Below the pieces are notes generated by a model. That model was not told the origin of the DNA. It searched no databases and saw only the letters and a list, made by a program, of their open reading frames with translations. Positions 15,198 to 23,149 of a DNA stretch of 24,688 nucleotides are shown here, one piece after another. The position numbers and the translations under genes are program-made. Position 1 is the first letter of the stretch. Each line of letters starts with the position of its first letter. Source of the stretch: a virus (lineage: Duplodnaviria > Caudoviricetes); the IMG/VR virus record IMGVR_UViG_3300035135_002966, positions 1-24,688 of that record. The stretch is one strand, 5' to 3'.

Positions 15198-18100
15198 ATG
15201 CAAGAGTTTCGAGATACAGCACCTTCTGCCGAAACCGTGTTCCTCCGTACATATAGCCGCCGCAAAGAAGATGGCACTAGGGAGAATTTTCAAGAGGCGA
15301 TGACCCGGACCATTGACGATATTGGCCGGATCGGTAAATTCACGCCAGAAGAACATGAGCTGGTAATGGAACAGGCATTGGAGCAACATGCCTTTCCGTC
15401 TGGCCGTGCATTTTGGGTAGCAGGTACAGAATGGGGTAAAAAGCCTGAGAACTTCAGTGGCTACTACAACTGTACGAACACTCATATTGAGGACCTGGAA
15501 GCGTTTGGCTTAATGGTTGATCTTGCAATGCAAGGTTCTGGGACAGGGGCCGTCTTGGAACAAAGGGTAATCCGTAAGCTACCTACAATTGCTCGACGAC
15601 TCAGTATTAAAAACATCACATCAGTAGGGGATAAACCTGGAAACCCAAAGACAACTTATCTGTCTGATAATGATGCTCTCTGGATTCGTGTTGGCGATTC
15701 TCGTAAAGGTTGGGTTGACGCTTATATGGCTTTACTTTATGAGTCGGTAAATCTACTTCCTCAGAATCCTCTTGATGTTTATATCAATCTTCAAGAGGTA
15801 AGGCCGTCAGGAGAGCCTCTGAAGGGCTTTGGAGGGACTGCTAATCCAATCAAGCTGGAAGCTATGTTCCGGCGCGTTGTAGACGTTCTCAATGGCGCTA
15901 ATGGCCGTCAGTTGACAAGTATTGAAGCTTGTCTGTTGATTGACGAAGCTGCTGCATGTGTTGTAGCCGGAAATATTCGCCGCTCCGCAGGTATGCGTCA
16001 GTTCAGCGATTATGACCAGGAAGCCGCAACAGCTAAACAAGGTCTTTATACACAAGACGAAGAAGGAAATTGGAAAGTTGATCCGGTCAAAGAAAACCTA
16101 CGTATGGCAAACCATACAAGGTGTTACCATACAAAGCCTTCTTTTGAAGACGTAAAAGACGCAGTTAGCAAGCAGTTTTATAGTGGAGAAGGTGCCATTC
16201 AATATGTACCTGAAGCAATTGCAAGAGCGAATGTTGACCTTCTCGATACAGCAGCTCTGAAGAAAGAATTTTTGGATACGTATGTTAATGACGGCAGGGA
16301 AGAAGCTAGGGAATATTTGAATACCGTTGCGTTGAATCGTACTGAGATTTTATCTGATTGTGAACTATCGCATCGCATGGATCGGTACGGACTTAACCCA
16401 TGCCTGACAGGCGACACTCCGATCTTGACTGTTCACCAAGGCGTCAAGACTTTTGAGGAGCTAGCCAAGGCTGGTAAAGACGTGCTGGTATGGTGTGTTA
16501 ACAAGGAAACGAACGAAGCTGCCGTCCGCATGATGCGCAATCCCCGCGTCACTGGCTACGATCAGCCCATCCTTGAAGTGAAATTCGACAGTGGGCTTAA
16601 AGTCCGCGCTACGCACAACCACAATTTCTTTACGCTGCAGCGCAATAAGGTGCAGGCGAAAGATCTTAAGATCGGACAGTCCGTCTCGGCTTTCGCTATC
16701 CATCAGCATCGCGACGGTCACCTTCGCATTACTCGCAACAACAAGCTGACCGACTCCGTTCGCCAGCAATTCTGCCATCGGGTAATTGCCGAGTACCACG
16801 GCATTAAAGGTGAGGTGATCCATCATATCGATGGGGATCCCACCAACAATCTACCCAAGAACCTTGAGGCAACCACACATCTTGAGCACAATCAGGAGCA
16901 CTACGCCGACCGCTGCCGCAATGGCTTCTTCCACGGCACCCCTGGCCCCGTTGCCGCAGAGCACATAGCCAACCATAAGGTTGTCGCTATCCGTGATGCA
17001 GGTACTGCGACCGTCTACAACGGAACCGTTGACGAGCACCACAACTACGTGGTTGTTGATCCATCCTCGGTGGGAAAGAGCCTTGTCTCTGGCATTCTGT
17101 CCGCCAACTGTGGTGAGATATGTGGTCGCGACTTCCACTGCAACCTTTCAGAAGTCCATCTGAACACAATTGATCCAGCCGACAATGAAGCACAAACACG
17201 GGCTTTCTATGCTGCAGGCTTACAGGTTGCTGCATTACTCCAACACGAATTCGTTCATGAAAGATACCAGTACTCTCGGGAAATCGATCCAATTGTTGGT
17301 GTCAGTTTTACTGGTTTGTTTGATTTCCTCGTACATGCTGGCGGAAGTGCTTGGTTAGAGTGGATGATGAATGGTCGGCCCAAAGGCAGGGCTGCCGATG
17401 CGTTTTCCGCAATGGAACGCAATTATCTTCAGCGTTGGCGTCGTGCTGCGATTCGTGGTGTTCGCGAATACTGCGAAAAACACGGCATCCGCATTCCCAA
17501 CCGCATCACCACGGTACAGCCAGCGGGCACCAAGTCCCTACTGACTGGAGCCTCCTCTGGTTGGCATCCACCCAAAGCTCAACGTTTCATTCGGAGAATC
17601 ACTCTTGGCGTTAAAGATCCTCTCGTACCTGCTCTTATTGAGCATGGCTATTCAGTCATTCCTGCCCAGTCCGCTAGGGATGACGATGGCAATCTTCTTG
17701 TTGACATTAGTGACCCTAGAGTTCTTGAGGTGCTCGTGGAAATCCCGACCGAAGTAAGCTGGGCGAACCTGCCTGGGTGCGACAGGTTTGACCTAAGCAA
17801 ACTTAGCGTAAAGGCACAATGGGGTCTTTATATGCAGGTTCAGAACAATTACACTGATCACAACACTTCTGCAACCATTGAAATGCGAGAATGTGAAATC
17901 GACACTTTGTCGGAGCTGATCCACACAAACATTGATAAAAATGGTGGATACATTTCTGCGGCATTGTTGGCACGCTTTGATGCTAACGAAACCTTTCCTC
18001 GCCTTCCTTTTGAACCTATTTCTAAAGAAAAATATGACAAGCTCATGAAGGTTCAAAAAGCTTCTCGCCTTGGCGATGATCGAACCTTGCTTGAAATACT

Positions 18101-18203
18101 AAAAAAATATGATAGTGAAGACTGGACCATTGAATCTGTTGCTGGCTGCACAAATGCTGCCTGCATTGCTAAAGCTGAAGCCGAAGAGCGGGAGGGTAAG
18201 TGA
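15198..18203 (+). CDS. nrdJ: Class II (adenosylcobalamin-dependent, RTPR-type) ribonucleotide reductase with intein (1001 aa precursor, 765 aa spliced)
   Basis: FPSGR, YNC, CVVAGNIRRSA, NP|CGEI, FHCNLSE, TTVQPAGTKSLL, C-terminal GCTNAAC. Confidence 0.96.
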   Translation: MQEFRDTAPSAETVFLRTYSRRKEDGTRENFQEAMTRTIDDIGRIGKFTPEEHELVMEQALEQHAFPSGRAFWVAGTEWGKKPENFSGYYNCTNTHIEDLEAFGLMVDLAMQGSGTGAVLEQRVIRKLPTIARRLSIKNITSVGDKPGNPKTTYLSDNDALWIRVGDSRKGWVDAYMALLYESVNLLPQNPLDVYINLQEVRPSGEPLKGFGGTANPIKLEAMFRRVVDVLNGANGRQLTSIEACLLIDEAAACVVAGNIRRSAGMRQFSDYDQEAATAKQGLYTQDEEGNWKVDPVKENLRMANHTRCYHTKPSFEDVKDAVSKQFYSGEGAIQYVPEAIARANVDLLDTAALKKEFLDTYVNDGREEAREYLNTVALNRTEILSDCELSHRMDRYGLNPCLTGDTPILTVHQGVKTFEELAKAGKDVLVWCVNKETNEAAVRMMRNPRVTGYDQPILEVKFDSGLKVRATHNHNFFTLQRNKVQAKDLKIGQSVSAFAIHQHRDGHLRITRNNKLTDSVRQQFCHRVIAEYHGIKGEVIHHIDGDPTNNLPKNLEATTHLEHNQEHYADRCRNGFFHGTPGPVAAEHIANHKVVAIRDAGTATVYNGTVDEHHNYVVVDPSSVGKSLVSGILSANCGEICGRDFHCNLSEVHLNTIDPADNEAQTRAFYAAGLQVAALLQHEFVHERYQYSREIDPIVGVSFTGLFDFLVHAGGSAWLEWMMNGRPKGRAADAFSAMERNYLQRWRRAAIRGVREYCEKHGIRIPNRITTVQPAGTKSLLTGASSGWHPPKAQRFIRRITLGVKDPLVPALIEHGYSVIPAQSARDDDGNLLVDISDPRVLEVLVEIPTEVSWANLPGCDRFDLSKLSVKAQWGLYMQVQNNYTDHNTSATIEMRECEIDTLSELIHTNIDKNGGYISAALLARFDANETFPRLPFEPISKEKYDKLMKVQKASRLGDDRTLLEILKKYDSEDWTIESVAGCTNAACIAKAEAEEREGK
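16401..17108 (+). mobile_element. Intein (236 aa) with HNH endonuclease, inserted at the RNR thiyl-radical cysteine
   Basis: Starts CLTGDTPILT, block B ATHNH, HNH HRVIAE...IHHIDGDPTNNLPKNL, block F VYNGTVDEHHNY, ends SAN|CGEI. Confidence 0.93.
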
Positions 18204-18397
18204 TGGTCAAAAGGATTGAACGCCGCCATGAAGATCCTGAGCTGCAAAAAGCTTACGAGATTTATGAAGACATTTACTCTCGCTACAACCGTAAAGAACA
18301 ATTTCACCGTAAAGGGGCCAGTCATTATGACTATGAGGCCCTTGCTACGGCTTGGAATTACTACCTGAAACTCCGTAAACAAATTGAGGGAAAGTAA
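18200..18397 (+). CDS. Hypothetical protein (65 aa)
   Basis: Overlap-coupled to nrdJ (GTGA) and dcd (TAATG). Confidence 0.7.
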   Translation: MMVKRIERRHEDPELQKAYEIYEDIYSRYNRKEQFHRKGASHYDYEALATAWNYYLKLRKQIEGK

Positions 18398-18897
18398 TGT
18401 CTACTATCGTTGATTGGCAAATTCGTGAGCTGTGCAGAAGTTCTGGACTAGTGGAACCCTTTGATGTTGAGATGGTTAATCCTGCCAGTATTGATGTGAC
18501 TATTGGGGATCATATCAAGGTTGAGAACGATCACGGGGAATTTACAGATGTCAACATCAAAAACCAAGATTTCTACATGCCCCCAGGGGCATTTGTTCTT
18601 GCCCACACCGCAGAATATGTACGGATACCGAACAATTTTGAATGCGTGTTTCAGCTTAAATCATCCCGTGGTAGAGAGGGTTATGAACATGCCCTGGCGG
18701 GATACATTGATGCTGGCTTCCATGGCAGGATCACCCTTGAGTTGTCCAATCTGCGCCGCTTTAAGGAGTTACCATTACGAGCTGGGATGCGAATCGGGCA
18801 GTTGCGTTTTTCTCGTTTAGACAACTTGCCAATGCGTCCATATTCACTGACAGGTAGATATCATCTAGCTGAAACAGTTGAAGAGTCAAAAGGTTAG
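18397..18897 (+). CDS. dcd: dCTP deaminase
   Basis: VNPASIDV, PGAFVLAHTAEYV, LKSSRGREG, AGYIDAGFHGRITLEL, GMRIGQL. Confidence 0.93.
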   Translation: MSTIVDWQIRELCRSSGLVEPFDVEMVNPASIDVTIGDHIKVENDHGEFTDVNIKNQDFYMPPGAFVLAHTAEYVRIPNNFECVFQLKSSRGREGYEHALAGYIDAGFHGRITLELSNLRRFKELPLRAGMRIGQLRFSRLDNLPMRPYSLTGRYHLAETVEESKG

Positions 18898-18984
18898 CTG
18901 CTGGCATCCTAATTAGAAGGGTCGTGCGTGATGCCGTCTCTGCAATTCACTTAGGCGGTGAACGCCACAAACGCAGCGATTGCC

Positions 18985-20577
18985 ATGTCTTACGGAATCA
19001 GTCATCCGATCAATGATCCTTCTCTGGTTTCATATCATCGACCTGAACTTGTCAGGATTCTTCCTCAACTTGAGCAGGCGAAAGATTGTTGGTGTCTTTT
19101 GAACACTGATGGACTGAATTCAGCTAAAGAAAAGTATTTACATCGAGAGCCTGCTGAGCCTTCAGAAGCTTATAAGGCTCGTTTGGAACGGTCTACCTAT
19201 GCTCCAATGTATAGGGATAGTATCCGTGCATATGCTGGCCTTCTGAGTCGTTTTCAGGTCATGGGTGCTCCTCAGAGCATGATTGACAATGACGACAATG
19301 TGGACTTGCAGGGTTCTAGTATGCAGTCATTTATGACGCAAGCGGACGAACTTGCCTTGCGCGATGGCGGTGCTTTTGTCATGATTGACATGATGCCGGA
19401 GAATGGCGCTGATAATTTCTTTGATCAACTAGGAGATGGCCGTCATCCGTATCTAAGCTGCATCCAAAGAGCAGATGTTATTAACTGGAAAGTCAGCTAT
19501 GATCGTGGTATTGAGACAATCGAGCAGGTAACAGTAAGACAGCTCAAAAGTGTTCCTGATCCGAAGGGTGCTTTTGGTGTTAAGGTTGAGCCTATTTACT
19601 ACGTCTTAAGTCCTGGCAAGGTTCAACCTTATCGTTTAACGAAAACTGATGTAAGCCGTTGGGAGAATCAAAAGCTGGACGAAGTCACTACTTCTCTGCC
19701 GATTGTACCGATTGTTTGGTATGGAGCAACGACAACTCGATTCGCTCAAGGGGATCTGCCAATGGATGGTCTTGCAGATTTAAGCCTGCAACACTTCCAG
19801 ATGCGCTCTGACTTGGGTGAGTTGCTCCATAAGTGTGCGATGCCCGTCCCGGTAAGAAAAGGTGCTCCTGTGGGGCCTGACGGTCAACCTCCGCCGCTTG
19901 TGTTGGGTCCAAACACTGCCGTTGACCTAAGTGCTGAAGGTGGTGAATTTAAGTTTGCTGAGCCTTCTGGAACAAGCCTTCAACGCCACCAGGATGAAAT
20001 CAGACATGTAGAGGAATTGATGGATCGCAGTAGCTTGAACTTCCTTTATGGAGCAAACGTAAAGACTGCAACAGAAGCTAGTCTCAGGGCAAGCCAAATC
20101 GCGTCAAGTGTGTCATCATTGATCCGCAACAAGATTGCGATGTTTAATGTGGTAATGAGAGCTTGGGCTTGGTATGCCGGTGAGACGGATCAAATTACAG
20201 ATGAATCCGGCTTGTCTATTAATGATTCGTTGATCAATCGTCCACTTGAAGCCAGTGAGATTGCACAGCTAGTCAACCTTTACAGTAACGAGCTGCTTTC
20301 TAGGCAGTCGGTATTAGATGAGCTTCATCGCGGGGGTGTGCTTGATCCTGACCTAGTTGTTGAAGAAGAATTGAAGCGTATTGAAGAAGAACACTCCGAC
20401 AAGCAAGACCTGATGATGTCAGATGCTGAAAACAAGCTAAAACAAGATTTGAAACGAGCTGAAGAGTTTCAGGCAGTAGCGCCACAGGAAAATCAAAATC
20501 AACCTGAAGATTCATCTAAAGCAAAAGAAAAAACTGAGCAAGAAAAGGTAGCACAGGCTGCAAAAGTAGCTCAATGA
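18985..20577 (+). CDS. Phage portal protein (DUF4055-like)
   Basis: YLHREPAE...YKARLERS, IVPIVWY, LADLSLQHFQMRSD...LHKCAMPV, KFAEPSG, KTATEA, LSRQSVLDELHRGGVL; ATG 18985 preferred over GTG 18958. Confidence 0.85.
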   Translation: MSYGISHPINDPSLVSYHRPELVRILPQLEQAKDCWCLLNTDGLNSAKEKYLHREPAEPSEAYKARLERSTYAPMYRDSIRAYAGLLSRFQVMGAPQSMIDNDDNVDLQGSSMQSFMTQADELALRDGGAFVMIDMMPENGADNFFDQLGDGRHPYLSCIQRADVINWKVSYDRGIETIEQVTVRQLKSVPDPKGAFGVKVEPIYYVLSPGKVQPYRLTKTDVSRWENQKLDEVTTSLPIVPIVWYGATTTRFAQGDLPMDGLADLSLQHFQMRSDLGELLHKCAMPVPVRKGAPVGPDGQPPPLVLGPNTAVDLSAEGGEFKFAEPSGTSLQRHQDEIRHVEELMDRSSLNFLYGANVKTATEASLRASQIASSVSSLIRNKIAMFNVVMRAWAWYAGETDQITDESGLSINDSLINRPLEASEIAQLVNLYSNELLSRQSVLDELHRGGVLDPDLVVEEELKRIEEEHSDKQDLMMSDAENKLKQDLKRAEEFQAVAPQENQNQPEDSSKAKEKTEQEKVAQAAKVAQ

Positions 20578-20606
20578 TCGCTATACTCAGATAACGCAAC
20601 AGTTAA

Positions 20607-20828
20607 ATGACAATTCTCGCTCGTTTCACCTTTAAGCCTGAACACGCTGCAGACTTCCTGATGGAAGGTCAGCAGGTCACACAGCTTGATTTCGATGAAG
20701 TTGAAGAGCTGATAGAGTACACCAAAAGTTTCGAAAATGCTTTGGAAGACGTTACGGTTTTATACCAAGGCAAGACCTATAGTTCTTCTAGCTTCCCGCT
20801 AATCGAAGCTAAAAACAAAAAACGCTGA
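20607..20828 (+). CDS. Hypothetical protein (73 aa)
   Basis: Preceded by a -10 element GC-TATACT at 20582. Confidence 0.7.
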   Translation: MTILARFTFKPEHAADFLMEGQQVTQLDFDEVEELIEYTKSFENALEDVTVLYQGKTYSSSSFPLIEAKNKKR

Positions 20829-20835
20829 GGATTTC

Positions 20836-21150
20836 ATGAGTGTATCTGAGTGTACCGTCATTATCAGCCTTGCTTATTCTAGTGAGAACTTAAAACGCTT
20901 AGATGCTGTGAAGTATTTATGGGCTTTGCCTCCCTTGCCTTTGAAAAGAGTTTATGATCTATATACTGGCACTGAAGGTCTTCAGCACATTATCAGACAT
21001 ACCCTTATCTTGGAACATGGCCCTTATGACAGCGAGGGAGACAGTTACGTTTGTAAGTTGCTCGGATGCTCTCCTGATGACTTGCTGAATACTTTGCATG
21101 TCACTGATGAAATGTTTTTTGTTAATTATCCTTCCGGTGAAAACTTATAA
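20836..21150 (+). CDS. Hypothetical protein (104 aa)
   Basis: In-operon ORF with upstream GAGG. Confidence 0.7.
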   Translation: MSVSECTVIISLAYSSENLKRLDAVKYLWALPPLPLKRVYDLYTGTEGLQHIIRHTLILEHGPYDSEGDSYVCKLLGCSPDDLLNTLHVTDEMFFVNYPSGENL

Positions 21151-21191
21151 TGAAAACTAATAATGGAAATTTATAATGAAAACTAATAATG
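21145..21191 (+). repeat. Tandem duplication, 21-bp exact core with 26-bp period
   Basis: TTATAATGAAAACTAATAATG at 21145 and 21171. Confidence 0.9.
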
Positions 21192-21533
21192 AAACAGTTC
21201 AACGATAGAATCGTTTCACCAGGCGGATCTTTCTCTTATATTGTTGAGGGTCCTGTTTGTATTCTTTACGACCGTGAGCAACTGCCTTGGCCCTGCTGCT
21301 CTCTTCAATGGAAAGGAAAACAACCTAGCTGGAATCGTATCGGCAAGCGTTTTGTCCCTGACATGGCTGCTAGCAGGTGTCACGCATACGCCGTTAAAGG
21401 GAACGATCTTTGGGGCACCGAATGGAAGCAGGTGTTGATACAATACAATCGACGCTTGAGCCGCCAGGAGAAAAACTGGTGGTATTGGCGTTTCGTCCCG
21501 AACCGTGAGCCACCCAATCATGTCGAACTATGA
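21189..21533 (+). CDS. Hypothetical Trp-rich protein (114 aa)
   Basis: In-operon ORF; no assignable family. Confidence 0.75.
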   Translation: MKQFNDRIVSPGGSFSYIVEGPVCILYDREQLPWPCCSLQWKGKQPSWNRIGKRFVPDMAASRCHAYAVKGNDLWGTEWKQVLIQYNRRLSRQEKNWWYWRFVPNREPPNHVEL

Positions 21534-21678
21534 AAAACGTGTTGACAAACAGAAAAAACCACATAGAGGCATTGATTGGAATGCCATTTTTAGGCGCAGG
21601 CCCGACTTAATCCCCCCTGGATACGAAAAAACCATTAAGGAGATGTATTCAGAGGGCCAGTCCGAGGGCAATCAGTAG
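21520..21678 (+). CDS. Small hypothetical protein (52 aa, ...IDWNAIFRRRPDLIPPGYEKT...)
   Basis: Hand-translated; overlaps the previous stop; the IDW..IF..RPDL.PPGY pattern is recalled from cyanophage small proteins. Confidence 0.6.
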   Translation: MSNYEKRVDKQKKPHRGIDWNAIFRRRPDLIPPGYEKTIKEMYSEGQSEGNQ

Positions 21679-21748
21679 CCAACGACCCACTTGATGATGT
21701 ACTATTCGGTGGGGATAACAAGAAAACACTACTTTAAGGTTAAAACCT

Positions 21749-22291
21749 ATGACTATTGAGACCTATACGCCGTCTTACTCTCGTCATCGTAAGCTTCCTG
21801 TTCGCGGCGACAGCTCGTTTCAGGAGCGTCGATCAGCGTTCCCTTTGATGATGTTGCGTGAGTTTATTAAGAATGGAGATGTGCCAGACACCTACCACGG
21901 CAACTATACGGCCACTGCATTTCGTGATGAGAAGAGCGGTCGGCGGCATTTTCAGATCATGTTCCATGGCAACCCGATCTTTGAATTGACAGATGCAGCA
22001 ATCACCCTGTCAATAGGAGAAAGGCTTGATGGCTATGGCCGTCCTAGTAAGACCGTGATGCACGTACTGAATGAGCTACTTAAAAGTGCTGCGTATTTCA
22101 AGCTGATACCTGAGGGTGTAAGGATCTTCCATGGCAGACGTGAATTTCATGCTATGGCAAATGTTGGAACACTGCAGCCGGTCGAGAAATTTGCACATTT
22201 CTGGCGGGAAGAACCCAGGGTCGCAATCCTGCGTGATCCTGAGAAATTGATTTTCCCATTGAATGAGACGCATTTTCCTGACCTGACATAG
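21749..22291 (+). CDS. Hypothetical protein (180 aa)
   Basis: Long ORF with upstream AAGG; no motif recognised. Confidence 0.75.
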   Translation: MTIETYTPSYSRHRKLPVRGDSSFQERRSAFPLMMLREFIKNGDVPDTYHGNYTATAFRDEKSGRRHFQIMFHGNPIFELTDAAITLSIGERLDGYGRPSKTVMHVLNELLKSAAYFKLIPEGVRIFHGRREFHAMANVGTLQPVEKFAHFWREEPRVAILRDPEKLIFPLNETHFPDLT

Positions 22292-22318
22292 TACAAGCCG
22301 AACTTAACCTGTACGGCA

Positions 22319-22352
22319 AACCCCTCTCCCTGACTGGCGAGTGGGGTTCTTT
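22319..22352 (+). terminator. Possible terminator
   Basis: AACCCC.CTC...GAG.GGGGTT followed by CTTTATT. Confidence 0.45.
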
Positions 22353-22381
22353 ATTGGCAACTTAAAAATAGTTAAGTAATT

Positions 22382-22588
22382 ATGATGTTCCACACATTTG
22401 ACCTTTTTCTTAATCGCCCTGCCTATACTGCACCTGTCACTCCTATCTACGTGATGTCTGACAGCGATTACAAAAAGCGGCTTGACCGCCAAGACCAACT
22501 TCACATTCAAGCACTTGAATCCAGGAAAGCAGAACATGAAAAAATGATTAAGTCAATTGATGCTGAACTTGAAAGGATGAAAACATAG
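22382..22588 (+). CDS. Small coiled-coil protein (68 aa)
   Basis: F..FD.F....P...IYVMSDS followed by a coiled coil, resembling small picocyanobacterial/cyanophage proteins as recalled; GGCAACTTAA 26 nt upstream. Confidence 0.7.
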   Translation: MMFHTFDLFLNRPAYTAPVTPIYVMSDSDYKKRLDRQDQLHIQALESRKAEHEKMIKSIDAELERMKT

Positions 22589-22597
22589 CGGTATAAT
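22569..22597 (+). promoter_or_regulatory. Near-consensus sigma70 promoter
   Basis: TTGAAA (22569) -17 nt- TATAAT (22592); predicted TSS ~22604. Confidence 0.8.
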
Positions 22598-22606
22598 ATG
22601 GGTAAG

Positions 22607-22668
22607 CGTTGAATGGTAGCAACAGCTACCATTGCAGTCCATCCCAAGCCATGCAACGGGGACTTGGG
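22607..22668 (+). ncRNA. Glutamine-II (Downstream-peptide)-like riboswitch
   Basis: P1 CGTTG(22607)/CAACG(22654); P2 ATGGTAGC/GCTACCAT; conserved-like TGCA; pseudoknot CCCAAG(22643)/CTTGGG(22663); lies between the promoter and the GGAG RBS of a YRG-motif peptide. Confidence 0.7.
22615..22630. promoter_or_regulatory. NtcA-type operator coincident with riboswitch P2
   Basis: GGTAGCAACAGCTACC: GTA 22616, N8, TAC 22627; about +13 to +26 from the predicted TSS. Confidence 0.5.
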
Positions 22669-22685
22669 TACTGTGGAGCGTTCCT

Positions 22686-22862
22686 ATGAACTTCCTGTCT
22701 CTGATCAAAGAGCAGCAAACTCGGCGTAATCGTTTGAGTGCTGCTCAGCGCCTGATGGCAAAAGCCTACAGAGGTGTTGAGTACAAAGAGCCATTTACCG
22801 AAAATCCCAAAGGTAATTACGAGCTTATGTACCGAGGGCACAAACACGTTGTCAAAAACTGA
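22686..22862 (+). CDS. DUF4278-like YRG-motif peptide (58 aa)
   Basis: MNFLSLIKEQQTRRNRLSAAQRLMAKAYRGVEY...ELMYRGHKH with two YRG motifs; RBS GGAG 22675-22678; real start is ATG 22686, not the track's 22632. Confidence 0.8.
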   Translation: MNFLSLIKEQQTRRNRLSAAQRLMAKAYRGVEYKEPFTENPKGNYELMYRGHKHVVKN

Positions 22863-22868
22863 ATTTAG

Positions 22869-22895
22869 GACCCCTATCAAGGGGTCTTTTTTTTT
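22869..22895 (+). terminator. Strong intrinsic terminator closing the riboswitch cassette
   Basis: GACCCCT-ATCA-AGGGGTC plus T9. Confidence 0.9.
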
Positions 22896-22941
22896 GTCCT
22901 GACTACACTTAGGGAATCCTATTGTATTGAATAGCTGACAA

Positions 22942-23115
22942 ATGTTTGATGAGACTACTCCTTGGACAACACAGCTAGGAGCACTGGTGCAGCAGCTCAA
23001 CTATGTCAGAGCCCCACAGAAGTTTATTGATGAATATCAGATGGAATTGATTCATGCGATCCAATGCGTGAAGTTCGTCCGCAAATGCTATGACTTACCG
23101 TCTTATCATAAGTAA
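22942..23115 (+). CDS. Small hypothetical protein (57 aa, MFDETTPWTTQLGALVQQLNYVRAPQKFIDEYQMELIHAIQCVKFVRKCYDLPSYHK)
   Basis: Hand-translated; fills the gap; GGAATCCTAT 29 nt upstream. Confidence 0.65.
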   Translation: MFDETTPWTTQLGALVQQLNYVRAPQKFIDEYQMELIHAIQCVKFVRKCYDLPSYHK

Positions 23116-23149
23116 GTCCTCGCTATACTGGACTAGATGATGCAGTTTG

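Noticed and set aside
8276-20515. Many short alternative-frame and minus-strand ORFs inside terL, dnaG, nrdJ and portal
   Set aside because: Fully nested in well-supported genes, with no motifs or expression signals.
22632-22685. N-terminal extension of the YRG peptide given in the ORF track
   Set aside because: The TTG start lies inside the riboswitch; ATG 22686 has a proper GGAG RBS.
22942-23115. NblA phycobilisome-degradation protein
   Set aside because: Right size, but lacks the L(S/T)LEQ(Q/E)F motif.
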